This document shows positions 1-9,152 of a DNA stretch of 64,000 bases, piece after piece. The notes beneath the pieces were generated by a model that searched no databases, was not told the DNA's origin, and saw nothing but the letters and a program-made list of their open reading frames with translations. The stretch is from Verrucomicrobiota bacterium. GTDB taxonomy: Bacteria; Verrucomicrobiota; Verrucomicrobiia; Limisphaerales; SIBE01. How positions within the stretch are numbered: position 1 is the first letter of the stretch; every line of letters starts with the position of its first letter. The position numbers and the translations under genes are program-made. Location: NCBI GenBank assembly GCA_021733945.1, contig JAIPJX010000002.1, positions 8,247 to 72,246 on the forward strand, read 5' to 3'.

Positions 1-637
1 CGCCGGCAAAAGCACCTTGATCAAGGCGGTGTTGGACCTTGTGCCCAAAGCGTCGGGGCGTGTCACGGTTTTCGGGCAGCCTTACCAGCGGCAGCGGCAC
101 CTGGTCTCCTATGTGCCGCAGCGGGAGAGTGTGGATTGGGATTTTCCGGTCAACGCCCTGGACGTCGTGACCATGGGGGTTTACGGAAAGATTGGCTGGT
201 TCCGTCCGGTCCGCAAACCCCACCGTGAGTTGGCGATGGCGGCTCTGGAGCGGGTTGGGATGGCGGATTACGCCCGCCGGCAGATCAGCCATCTTTCCGG
301 CGGACAACAGCAGCGGATTTTTCTCGCCCGCGCCCTGGTGCAGGATGCGGAGATTTATTTCATGGATGAACCGTTTGCAGGGGTGGATGCCGCGACGGAA
401 AAGGCGATCATCCACCTGTTGCACGATCTGAGATCGGCCGGAAAAACCGTGGCGGTGGTGCATCACGATCTGCAGACGGTTTCGGACTATTTCGACCACC
501 TGATCATGCTCAACATGCGCGTGGTGGCGGCCGGGCCGACGCGCGAGATATTCAACCGCGAGAACCTGCGCAAAACCTACGGAGGCCGGCTCTCTCTGCT
601 CGACCAGGCAGCGCAGGCAATCATCTCCCAGAGTTAG
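1..637 (+). CDS. Metal (Mn/Zn/Fe-type) ABC transporter ATP-binding protein, 5'-truncated by the window edge
   Basis: The frame starting at nt 2 reads AGKSTLIKAV, the end of a Walker A motif. ABC signature LSGGQQQRIFLARAL, Walker B IYFMDEP and H-loop VVHHDL are present. It is followed by two ABC-3 permease genes. Confidence 0.9.
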   Translation, partial: AGKSTLIKAVLDLVPKASGRVTVFGQPYQRQRHLVSYVPQRESVDWDFPVNALDVVTMGVYGKIGWFRPVRKPHRELAMAALERVGMADYARRQISHLSGGQQQRIFLARALVQDAEIYFMDEPFAGVDAATEKAIIHLLHDLRSAGKTVAVVHHDLQTVSDYFDHLIMLNMRVVAAGPTREIFNRENLRKTYGGRLSLLDQAAQAIISQS

Positions 638-640
638 GCG

Positions 641-2122
641 GTGACGCGTGGGTTCCAAACTAAAGTGATCGCCCGGGTGGTTCCCAAAGTCAGGATGCAA
701 TTCAAATTCTGGATCTTAGTCAGCCTTCTGCTCGTCGGCGCACCCGCCGCATCGGCGGATGTCATGCCGCTGATGCGCGTGCTCACCCTCCAGGACTACA
801 ACACGCGGGTGGTGGTCGTCGGCATTCTCCTTCTGGGCATTGCCGCCGGGGTGATTGGATCGTTCATGCTTCTGCGCAAACGCGCCCTTGTCGGGGACGC
901 GGTGAGTCACGCCACGCTTCCCGGTTTGTGCGCCGCATTTATGATCATGGCTTCCATGGGCGGAGATGGGAAATGGCTTCCGGGCCTCCTGCTCGGCGCG
1001 CTCGTGACCGGAGGTCTGGGGATTCTGATGGTGCTCTGGATCCGGAGTCAGACCAAACTGAAGGAAGACACCGCTCTGGGGATCGTACTCAGTGTGTTTT
1101 TCGGGATGGGTGTTTCGTTGCTTGGGATCATTCAGAAAATGCGTCAGGGCCACGCCGCGGGTCTCGAGTCCTTCATCTACGGAAAGACGGCCTCCATGCT
1201 GGCCGGGGATGCGATGCTGATCGGAGGCGCGGCTTTGGTGGTCATCACCACGGCCGTTCTGCTGTTCAAGGAGTTTCGTCTGCTTTGCTTCGACGAGGCG
1301 TTTGCCAAATCCCAGGGCTGGCCTGTGCGTGCCTTGGACATCGTCATGATGCTGTTGGTGGTGACCGTGACGGTGATCGGTCTGCAGGCGGTGGGTTTGA
1401 TCCTGATGATCGCACTGCTCGTGATTCCCCCGGCAACGGCACGTTTCTGGACGGAGCATCTGCAGACCCTGGTCTGGCTCTCGGCAATCACCGGCGGGAT
1501 CAGTGGCTTGATCGGGGCCCTCGCCAGCGCCCTGGTTCCGAACCTGCCCGCCGGCGCGGTGATCGTTCTGGTGGCCGCCGCTTTCTTTGTATTCAGCATG
1601 CTCTTTGGATCGCGTCGCGGGGTTGTCATCCGCTTCTTCGAACACTGGAAACTCAGTCGCAAGGTGGGCCGTCAACACCTTCTGCGCGCACTCTACGAAT
1701 GGGTCGAAGAATCGAGTGGCACGGGCCCTGACGAGTTGGCAGCGGAACGAGAGAGCATGGGAATTTCATTCGAATCGCTGCTTCCGGAACGCTCCTGGCA
1801 TCCCAGGCAGCTGCGCCGCTGGCTCCGGGACGCGATGGGTCAGGGGAATATCTATGATGGGTCGGATGGATTGTTCCACCTCACACGCGAAGGCTGGTCG
1901 GAAGCGCGCCGCGTCGTGCGCAATCATCGACTCTGGGAAATCTACCTCATCGAATACGCGGACATCGCGCCCAGCCACGTCGACCGGGATGCCGACATGA
2001 TCGAGCATGTCCTGGGGCGGGCCATGGTGGACGAGTTGGAGGCCCTGCTCCGCACGCGATACCCCCATCTGGCCATGCCGCCCAGCCCACACACCCTGTC
2101 GCTCGCCGGAGGTCGGTCATGA
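641..2122 (+). CDS. ABC-3 family metal transporter permease fused to a C-terminal DtxR/MntR/TroR-like metalloregulator domain
   Basis: The N-terminal ~330 aa are multi-TM and carry the ABC-3 motif VGDAVSHATLPG. The C-terminal ~150 aa align by eye with DtxR: RQHLLRALYEWVEE, then a wHTH-like region, then RNHRLWEIYL...HVDRDADMIEHVL. The start may be GTG 641 or ATG 695. The stop overlaps the next gene by 4 nt. Confidence 0.85.
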   Translation: MTRGFQTKVIARVVPKVRMQFKFWILVSLLLVGAPAASADVMPLMRVLTLQDYNTRVVVVGILLLGIAAGVIGSFMLLRKRALVGDAVSHATLPGLCAAFMIMASMGGDGKWLPGLLLGALVTGGLGILMVLWIRSQTKLKEDTALGIVLSVFFGMGVSLLGIIQKMRQGHAAGLESFIYGKTASMLAGDAMLIGGAALVVITTAVLLFKEFRLLCFDEAFAKSQGWPVRALDIVMMLLVVTVTVIGLQAVGLILMIALLVIPPATARFWTEHLQTLVWLSAITGGISGLIGALASALVPNLPAGAVIVLVAAAFFVFSMLFGSRRGVVIRFFEHWKLSRKVGRQHLLRALYEWVEESSGTGPDELAAERESMGISFESLLPERSWHPRQLRRWLRDAMGQGNIYDGSDGLFHLTREGWSEARRVVRNHRLWEIYLIEYADIAPSHVDRDADMIEHVLGRAMVDELEALLRTRYPHLAMPPSPHTLSLAGGRS

Positions 2123-3018
2123 ATTGGACGATGCTCGACACCTGGATCGTGATCGCCGGAGTGCTGAGCGCCTGCTCCTGCTCGGTCCTCGGAAACTTTC
2201 TCCTCCTGCGCCGCATGAGCATGATGGGGGACGCCATCAGCCATGCTGTGCTTCCGGGGCTGGCCGTTGGCTTTCTGCTGACAGGCAGCCGCTCCAGTCT
2301 CGTGATGTTCCTCGGGGCCGCGGTGGTCGGGGTGCTCACCGCCGTGTTTACCCAGTGGATCAACCGGTTTGGCAAGGTGGACGAGGGGGCTTCCATGGGG
2401 GTGGTTTTTACAGCCCTCTTCGCAGTGGGTCTCGTGCTGATTGTTCAGGCGGCTGATGCGGTGGATCTGGACCCGGGCTGTGTGCTCTACGGTGCGATCG
2501 AAACCGTGCCGCTCGACACAGTTCAGCTCGGTTCCCTGAGCATCCCGCGCGCCGTGCTGACCCTGGCCATCGTATTCGCGATCAACCTGGGTGTCATCAT
2601 CGTGTTCTTCAAGGAATTCAAGATTTGCGCCTTCGACGAGGAATTGGCCACCACGCTCGGCATTCGTTCGGCCTGGATGCACTACCTGCTCATGACACTC
2701 GTTGCCGTGACCACCGTCGCTTCGTTCGAAAGCGTCGGAAGCATCCTCGTCATTGCCATGCTCATTGTTCCGCCCGCCACAGCCTATCTTCTGACAGATC
2801 GTCTCCAATCAATGATCCTGCTGAGCCTCGGATTTGCCACCCTCAGCGCGATTGGCGGGCATTGGTCGGCGATGGCGGTTCCCCCGATCTTCGGGTTCGC
2901 CGACACCAATACCTCCGGAATGATGGCGGTGGTGGCCGGGCTTCTGTTCAGCTTCGCCTTCGTCTTCTCGCCCAGGCAGGGCTTGATCGCGCGATTCCTG
3001 AAACCGAAGACCAACTGA
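2119..3018 (+). CDS. ABC-3 family metal transporter permease (TroD/MntD/ZnuB-like)
   Basis: 299 aa and multi-TM, with motif MGDAISHAVLPG. ATGA overlap with the upstream permease gene. Confidence 0.9.
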   Translation: MNWTMLDTWIVIAGVLSACSCSVLGNFLLLRRMSMMGDAISHAVLPGLAVGFLLTGSRSSLVMFLGAAVVGVLTAVFTQWINRFGKVDEGASMGVVFTALFAVGLVLIVQAADAVDLDPGCVLYGAIETVPLDTVQLGSLSIPRAVLTLAIVFAINLGVIIVFFKEFKICAFDEELATTLGIRSAWMHYLLMTLVAVTTVASFESVGSILVIAMLIVPPATAYLLTDRLQSMILLSLGFATLSAIGGHWSAMAVPPIFGFADTNTSGMMAVVAGLLFSFAFVFSPRQGLIARFLKPKTN

Positions 3019-3049
3019 CCCGGTACCCTGCCGGAAGCCGGCAATGCGC

Positions 3050-3259
3050 TCAGAGCCTTGTGCGGATGCCACACGCCCGAAGCGCGCACCAACCGCGCAG
3101 CGCCTCGAATGCGACAAAGAGCCCGGAAGCCGCGAGGACGATGGCCAGCCAATGGGAAACGGAAGTGCACGCCGCCGCGCCGCCCAGCAGTGCCAGGGCT
3201 CCAATTCCACGCACCAGGCGTCCACGGTTGTCGATGTTGCGGGTAAAGAAGGGTTTCAT
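3050..3259 (-). CDS. DUF2892 (YgaP-like) small membrane protein
   Basis: 69 aa. N-terminal NIDNRGRLVRG and C-terminal FEALRGWCALRACGIRT resemble the DUF2892 pattern (N.g..DR..R..G ... GwCp.ya..Gi.T). Two hydrophobic helices. The ATG overlaps the stop of the upstream regulator (ATGA at 3256-3259). Confidence 0.55.
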   Translation of the reverse strand: MKPFFTRNIDNRGRLVRGIGALALLGGAAACTSVSHWLAIVLAASGLFVAFEALRGWCALRACGIRTRL

Positions 3260-4200
3260 CGTTTTCTTTGAGTTGCAGGTTTGCGCAGTTGATCAAGCAC
3301 CGAGCAGAGGTGATTGAGGTCTTTCATTTCGATCGCACCGATCCTTTCCAAAACGGGCCGATAGGCAGGGGCCGCCCGTCCCCCCACCAGCAGAGTGATC
3401 TCCGGGGGCAGTGCTTCGCGCAGGCGCGTCAGCTCCCCCTCAAGCCGTGGGTCATCTTCCGGATACACCAGGCTTAATGCAACCGCCTTGGCTCGGTTTT
3501 GCCGGGCCGCTCCTGCGATCTCGGCCGCCGGGAGACTGACTCCCAGATAAGTCACATGCCAGCCGAGATTTGCCGCCGCCGCTCCCGCCAAAAGGGCTCC
3601 CAATTCGTGGATCTGCCCCGCAGGCGTGGTAATGACAATCACGGGCGAGTCCTGGGTTCCGGCAAACGGCTTGGAGGCGTGGCCGAGAAAGACGCGGATG
3701 ATCGCACTCGCAAAATGTTCGTGCGCGGCCGTGATGGTGCCCTCGCGCCAAAGCTCGCCAATCGTTTGAACCAGCGGGGCGATGACCCGCTGCAACAAAC
3801 CCTGGGAACCAAGCTCTGTCGACGCTTCCCGGAGTGTGTCATCCAGCAATCGGGCATCAAGGGACCTCACTGCCAGGAGGCATGTCTCGAGGTGCTTCGG
3901 AGCGCCCGGCTCGGCTGTTTTAAGAGGGGCCCTGGCACCGTTCGTTGCGGGGACCTCGTTGGCGAGCCGGCGCAATTTCTGCGTGGGCAGTTGAGCGACG
4001 TGGCCGATGCTGTGGCCCATCTGAGTGATCTGCCGCAACAGGCTCAATCGTTCAATCTGCTCTTCGGAATACAGGCGGCGGTTGGTTCCGGTCCGGTCGG
4101 GGGCTACAGCCTGATAACGTTTCTCCCAGACCCGGATGACGTGCAGGCTGAGACCGGTCCGTCTTGAAACGACTTTGATGGCGTGGTGAGCGTCTGACAT
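3256..4200 (-). CDS. carH: MerR-family, B12-binding light-responsive transcriptional regulator (CarH/LitR type)
   Basis: N-terminal MerR HTH (IKVVSRRTGLSLHVIRVWEKRY...RTGTNRRLYSEEQIERL). W-x9-EH motif (LWREGTITAAHEH). B12-binding Rossmann segment VIVITTPAGQIHELGALLAG with the lower-ligand His motif HxxG. Divergent from carotenoid genes. Confidence 0.8.
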   Translation of the reverse strand: MSDAHHAIKVVSRRTGLSLHVIRVWEKRYQAVAPDRTGTNRRLYSEEQIERLSLLRQITQMGHSIGHVAQLPTQKLRRLANEVPATNGARAPLKTAEPGAPKHLETCLLAVRSLDARLLDDTLREASTELGSQGLLQRVIAPLVQTIGELWREGTITAAHEHFASAIIRVFLGHASKPFAGTQDSPVIVITTPAGQIHELGALLAGAAAANLGWHVTYLGVSLPAAEIAGAARQNRAKAVALSLVYPEDDPRLEGELTRLREALPPEITLLVGGRAAPAYRPVLERIGAIEMKDLNHLCSVLDQLRKPATQRKR

Positions 4201-4440
4201 AAATTAGACAATCTTGCGACATAAAGTTCTTCCTTGGCAAGTGTTGATTTCGAAAAAAACGCCTGCAACGGTTTTATCCCGGCAAACACCGGTTTCCAGG
4301 CGGTCTCGAACCGGGGGCAGCCAAAAATATCTTTAATAGACAAATGCTTGACATTGAAACCTGTTTTAGACAATGTATGGTGGATTAGTTCGAAAACAAC
4401 GCTGCCAGCTGCAAATCAATTCCGCCCAAACCCAGAACCT
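4201..4440. promoter_or_regulatory. Divergent carH / carotenoid-operon control region with four T(A/T)GACA elements and a candidate -35
   Basis: TAGACAAT at 4205-4212, TAGACAA at 4337-4343, TTGACA at 4348-4353 and TAGACAAT at 4367-4374. ACA/TGT triplets fall at 4340, 4351, 4362 and 4374, roughly in 11-bp phase. The region is AT-richer than its surroundings. Confidence 0.4.
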
Positions 4441-6036
4441 ATGCAAAAAGAAATTATCGTGATCGGTGCCGGCCCGGGTGGGCTTGCCTCAGCCATTCTC
4501 CTGGCTTCGGCTGGGGTGAAGGTCAAAATCGTGGAACGTCTCCCGGTGATCGGTGGTCGGACCTCGAGTATTGAAGCCGACGGATTCAAGTTCGATTTGG
4601 GTCCGACCTTCTTCCTGTATCCCAGAGTGCTGGATGAGATTTTTGGTGCGGCTGGCACGAGTCTTCGGGAGGAGGTTGAGATGGTTCGTCTGGATCCGCA
4701 GTACCGGATTCAGTTCGGGGCTGGCGGCAAGCTCGACTGCACGCCGAACATCGAGTCGATGGAGCAGCAGATTGCCTCCTTGTGCCCCGCCGACGCCCCG
4801 GGATTCCGTCGGTTTCTCGCCGAAAACAGAACCAAACTTGCCGCGATGGAACCCTGTCTCGAATCCCCGTTCCTTGGGTGGCGGGATCTTGTGCAGATGC
4901 GGTTGCTCAAGATGCTGCCCATGCTTCGACCCCATCAATCGGTCGATGGTTACCTCAAACGGTTCTTCAAGGACGAACGGGTGCGCCTGGCATTCTGTTT
5001 TCAGTCAAAGTATCTCGGCATGTCGCCGTTCCGATGCCCGAGCCTGTTCAGTATCCTCAGTTTCCTCGAATACGAATATGGCGTTTTCCACCCCATCGGC
5101 GGGTGCGCCGCGGTGACCCGGGCGATGGAGCGTGTGGCGCGGAGGCTTGGGGTTGAGATCTGCCTGAATGAACCCGTGGAAGAGATCCTGTTCGCGGGAC
5201 GCAGGGCTGTGGGGGTTCGAACCGGCGCGGATACCCACCGGGCCGACGCTGTCGTCGTGAACGCCGACTTCGCCCGGGCGATGGAACGGCTGGTGCCCGA
5301 TCAACTTCGGAGGCGGTGGACCAATCGAAAGCTCGCGGGGAAGAAATACTCCTGTTCGACGTTCATGATGTACCTCGGCGTCGAGGGAACGTTCGACCTG
5401 CCGCATCACACGATTCACATCGCCAAGGACTACGCGCAGAACCTTGAGGATATTGAGAGCCGCCATGTTCTGAGCGAGGACCCCAGTTTCTACGTGCAGA
5501 ACGCCTGCGTGACCGATCCGACGCTCGCGCCCAAGGGCAAGAGTGCGCTTTATGTGCTTGCCCCCGTTTCCCATCAACATCCGAACGTGGACTGGAGCAG
5601 GGACAAGGCCCGGTTCCGGAACCTCTCGTTCGACAAGATCGCCCAGGCGGGTTACGGCGATCTCGAGAAACGCGTTCAATACGAGCGGGTGATCACTCCG
5701 GCCGATTGGGATCATCGCTACGAAATCTATCGGGGTGCCACCTTCAATCTGGCGCACACGCTGGATCAGATGTTGCACCTCCGCCCGCACAATCGCTTCG
5801 AAGACCTCGATGGAATGTACCTCGTTGGAGGCGGAACACATCCCGGAAGCGGGCTGCCCGTCATTTTCGAAAGCGCCCGGATCAGTTCCCGGCTTCTGCT
5901 TGAAGACCTCGGAATACCCGCCGGGCATATTGACTCGGCTCGGACCTCATCCGGTTCAAAGCTCCCCGATGAAAAGCCGGGACTGCTCAATGCCATGGCC
6001 GGAATGTTTGGCCTGAACTCCAAATCATCGTTGTGA
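4441..6036 (+). CDS. Phytoene/diapophytoene desaturase family FAD oxidoreductase (CrtI/CrtN/CrtP family), copy 1
   Basis: The ATG at 4441 is followed directly by the dinucleotide-binding motif IIVIGAGPGGLASAILLA...VERLPVIGGR. The C-terminal signature is YLVGGGTHPGSGLPVIFESA. The ORF-track start at 4234 is an unsupported upstream extension. Confidence 0.85.
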   Translation: MQKEIIVIGAGPGGLASAILLASAGVKVKIVERLPVIGGRTSSIEADGFKFDLGPTFFLYPRVLDEIFGAAGTSLREEVEMVRLDPQYRIQFGAGGKLDCTPNIESMEQQIASLCPADAPGFRRFLAENRTKLAAMEPCLESPFLGWRDLVQMRLLKMLPMLRPHQSVDGYLKRFFKDERVRLAFCFQSKYLGMSPFRCPSLFSILSFLEYEYGVFHPIGGCAAVTRAMERVARRLGVEICLNEPVEEILFAGRRAVGVRTGADTHRADAVVVNADFARAMERLVPDQLRRRWTNRKLAGKKYSCSTFMMYLGVEGTFDLPHHTIHIAKDYAQNLEDIESRHVLSEDPSFYVQNACVTDPTLAPKGKSALYVLAPVSHQHPNVDWSRDKARFRNLSFDKIAQAGYGDLEKRVQYERVITPADWDHRYEIYRGATFNLAHTLDQMLHLRPHNRFEDLDGMYLVGGGTHPGSGLPVIFESARISSRLLLEDLGIPAGHIDSARTSSGSKLPDEKPGLLNAMAGMFGLNSKSSL

Positions 6037-7553
6037 ACCTGGCCACCGGAGAGTTGAGTCCGCAGGAACTGCCCCATTTGCCTGCCTTGCATCCCGATCT
6101 AATTCCATCGGCCATGCGGGCGGCACGGGCCGCTCAGCGAAACTGGGCTCTCAAACCGGTTGCCCGAAGGCTGGTTCCGGTAGCCGAATTGCGGCGTTTG
6201 ATCTCAGAACATGCGATGGCCCTGGCCGCCGCCTCGGCCGGTTCGCGGCAACGCCCGGTTGCAGAATCCCTGACCGCCGAAGTAATGCCTCTGGCTGAGG
6301 CGTGCCGTTTTCTCCTCCGAAACGCCGGTGCGCTGCTCAAGACCCGGTGTCTGGGATCCCGTTCCCTTCCGCTCTGGCTCTGGGGAGTGCGTCGGGAGAT
6401 CCGTCGTGATGCCCTGGGTGTCATCCTGATCATTGGCCCCGGCAACTATCCCCTGTTTCTACCGGGGGTGCAGTTGCTCCAGGCACTGGTCGCTGGAAAT
6501 TCCGTGATGCTGAAGCCCGGGGTCGGAGGTGCCCCTGCAGCCGCCGCACTCATCAACCTCATCGTTCGTGCCGGATTTGATCCGGGTCTGGTCTGGCTCC
6601 TGCCCGAATCTCCGGAAGCCGCTCGCTGCGCCATCGCAGCGGGTCCGGACAAGGTCCTCTTTACTGGAAGCGCCGGGACCGGAGAGAAAATCCTTCAGCA
6701 GCTCGCACCCGCCCTCATACCGGCGACTCTCGAACTGAGCGGATCGGATGCTGTGGTTGTCCGGGCCGATGCCGATCTCGATCTGGTCACAAAGGCCTTG
6801 GTGTTCGGGTTCCGGTTGAACGGAGGGGCGACCTGCATGGCTCCCAAACGCGTCTTTGTCGATCGCAGGATCGCAACCGAGCTTGAGGGACGTCTGGCGA
6901 AAGCACTGCCGTCCGAAAATTCCTGTCGGCTCTCGGGTGAACTTGCGACCCGGCTTCGACCCTGCCTGGATCGGGCGCTGGAGTCCGGAATGCATTTCAT
7001 CGCAGGATCCCACCACCCCGAAGAAGGACTCATGGGGCCGGTGGTGCTGGGGGGGGCAACCCCGGACGCTCCCATCCTGCAGGAGGATCTTTTCGCCCCG
7101 ATCGTGGTTCTGGTCACCGTAGCCGACGACGCCGAGGCCGTGATGCGCGCCAATGAGTGTCGATTTGCCCTGGGTGCCAGTATTTTCAGTCGCAATCAGG
7201 CAGCGGCCCGCACGATGGCGGGCCGATTAAACGCGGGGGTTGTCACGATCAACGACCTGATCGTGCCGACGGCCGACGCGTGCGCCCCGTTTGGAGGTCG
7301 AAAACGGAGCGGCTTCGGAGTGACCCGTGGAGCGGAAGGTCTTCTCGAACTCACAGCACCCAAGGTCATCACTCTCACCCGCGGAAAAATGCGGCCCGCT
7401 TTTGATCAGCCACATCCGGATGACGCAGCGCTCTTCGAGGCTTACCTCGGGCTCGCGCATGGACGTGGACTGACCGGACGCATCCGGTCCCTGGTCAATG
7501 TCATGAAATCGCTCACGAATCGCAGTAAACCCAAGAATCAATCCGGATTATGA
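6033..7553 (+). CDS. Aldehyde dehydrogenase family protein (candidate carotenoid-aldehyde dehydrogenase)
   Basis: ALDH-type motifs are present: catalytic Glu context ELSGSDAVVV, catalytic Cys context NGGATCMAPKRVFV, and FAPIVVLV...ALGASIFS. The GTG start overlaps the upstream stop (GTGA). Confidence 0.85.
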   Translation: MNLATGELSPQELPHLPALHPDLIPSAMRAARAAQRNWALKPVARRLVPVAELRRLISEHAMALAAASAGSRQRPVAESLTAEVMPLAEACRFLLRNAGALLKTRCLGSRSLPLWLWGVRREIRRDALGVILIIGPGNYPLFLPGVQLLQALVAGNSVMLKPGVGGAPAAAALINLIVRAGFDPGLVWLLPESPEAARCAIAAGPDKVLFTGSAGTGEKILQQLAPALIPATLELSGSDAVVVRADADLDLVTKALVFGFRLNGGATCMAPKRVFVDRRIATELEGRLAKALPSENSCRLSGELATRLRPCLDRALESGMHFIAGSHHPEEGLMGPVVLGGATPDAPILQEDLFAPIVVLVTVADDAEAVMRANECRFALGASIFSRNQAAARTMAGRLNAGVVTINDLIVPTADACAPFGGRKRSGFGVTRGAEGLLELTAPKVITLTRGKMRPAFDQPHPDDAALFEAYLGLAHGRGLTGRIRSLVNVMKSLTNRSKPKNQSGL

Positions 7554-9130
7554 AAAACTCCACGCAAGAACGTATTGGCGTGATTGGCGGCGGGCTCGGC
7601 GGACTGGCTGCAGCCTGTACCCTGGCCGCTCGCGGTTACCAAGTTGTCCTCCTCGAACGCAACGAATGGCTCGGTGGAAAGGCCGCGCAGCTCGAAGGGG
7701 ATGGTTTTCGCTTCGACATGGGACCGACCATCGTCACCATTCCCTCCGTGTTGAGGCGCATCTTTCAGGAAGCGGGGCGCCGGATGGAGGATTATCTCGA
7801 CATGGTGCGGCTGGATCCGCAATGGCGTTGTTTCTTTGACGATGGTTCCGTTCTCAACCTGATGCAGGACCCGGAGACGATGGCGTCCACGCTCGAGGCA
7901 TTCGCGCCGGGCACGAATTCGGGCCGGCGTTATCAGGATTTTATGGCGTACAGCAGGCGCTTGAACGACATCTCCCAGCGTCATTTTTTCTACAAACCCA
8001 TTGGCGGTCTGAGGGACATGTTTGATTTGAAGACAAGCTTTGATCCCAAGATCCTTGGCGATGTGCTCGCGATGCGCATGGGACGCAGCGTTGCCGGCAC
8101 GGTCCGATCCTTCACCCCGGACTCGCGCGTGGCGCAGATGATGGATCACTTCACGCAGTATGTCGGTTCCTCTCCGTACGGATCTCCCGCCGTGCTCTGC
8201 GGGATCGCACACATGCAGACCGACGAAGGCATCTGGTATCCGATGGGCGGCACACGAGCCGTGCCTGTCGCGTTGGAAAAACTGGCCCGGGAACTTGGAG
8301 TCGAGATTCATACCGGGGTACAGGTAACAAGGATTCAGACGCAGGGCGATCGTGTCACCGGAGTGATCACAAACCGGGGAACCGAGATTCCCCTCGGGGC
8401 AGTGGTTTCCAATTGCGATTCCGTGCGAACGCATCGCGAACTGATCAGCGGTCCCGTGGGAACGAAGTTCGAACGTCGGCGCCACTACGAAGCCGCCTGT
8501 TCCGGCGTTGTCCTCTACCTTGGGTTAAAGAAACGATACGATCACCTGGCTCACCACGACTTCGTTTTCAGCCGCGATCCCCACGAGGAGTTCGAGGCGA
8601 TCTACAAGAGAGGGGAACCCGCTCCGGATCCAACCTGTTATCTGGCGGCGACCACGTGCAGCGAAAAGGCAACGGCCCCCGAAGGGGGGGAAGCCCTCTA
8701 CGTGCTTGTGCATACCCCCTACCTGCGGCCCCACCACGACTGGAAAAGGATGTTGCCCGCCTATCGCGACGTAATCATTGAGAAGCTCAAGACGACCGGC
8801 CAGATGCCGGATCTCGAGGAGCGAATCGTATTCGAGCGCACCCTGACACCTCAGGATATCCACGACCGTTACCAGGTGTTGGACGGGGCCATCTACGGGC
8901 TCGCTAGCCACGGGACTTTTCTCGGAGCGTTTAAGCCAGGCAACCGATCACCGGATCTCCGGGGTCTTTATCTCGCGGGTGGAGCCGCGCATCCCGGACC
9001 CGGCATGCCGATGGTGCTCATGAGCGGATGGATCGCAGCGGACACGCTCGATCAGGACGGTGTGGTGGAAGCTGGAGAGCCGGCACCCTTCGATTCGGAA
9101 AGGGATCGTTCCGAGCTGACTCCTGCCTGA
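7550..9130 (+). CDS. Phytoene/diapophytoene desaturase family FAD oxidoreductase (CrtI/CrtN/CrtP family), copy 2
   Basis: N-terminal IGVIGGGLGGLAAACTLAARGYQVVLLERNEWLGGK. C-terminal YLAGGAAHPGPGMPMVLMSG. ATGA overlap with the ALDH gene. Confidence 0.9.
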   Translation: MKNSTQERIGVIGGGLGGLAAACTLAARGYQVVLLERNEWLGGKAAQLEGDGFRFDMGPTIVTIPSVLRRIFQEAGRRMEDYLDMVRLDPQWRCFFDDGSVLNLMQDPETMASTLEAFAPGTNSGRRYQDFMAYSRRLNDISQRHFFYKPIGGLRDMFDLKTSFDPKILGDVLAMRMGRSVAGTVRSFTPDSRVAQMMDHFTQYVGSSPYGSPAVLCGIAHMQTDEGIWYPMGGTRAVPVALEKLARELGVEIHTGVQVTRIQTQGDRVTGVITNRGTEIPLGAVVSNCDSVRTHRELISGPVGTKFERRRHYEAACSGVVLYLGLKKRYDHLAHHDFVFSRDPHEEFEAIYKRGEPAPDPTCYLAATTCSEKATAPEGGEALYVLVHTPYLRPHHDWKRMLPAYRDVIIEKLKTTGQMPDLEERIVFERTLTPQDIHDRYQVLDGAIYGLASHGTFLGAFKPGNRSPDLRGLYLAGGAAHPGPGMPMVLMSGWIAADTLDQDGVVEAGEPAPFDSERDRSELTPA

Positions 9131-9152
9131 AGACCGCTCCGGAGGCCAAACC

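Noticed and set aside
4234-4440. Upstream extension of the first desaturase ORF (track start 4234)
   Set aside because: The Rossmann GxGxxG motif begins four residues after the ATG at 4441. The extension covers the AT-richer divergent promoter and has no protein-like features. Similar N-terminal extensions were trimmed for the ORFs starting at 9866, 10816, 50627 and 51775 on the plus strand, and for the minus-strand ORFs whose track starts are 22076, 38427, 40689, 41839, 46652, 55228 and 56668.
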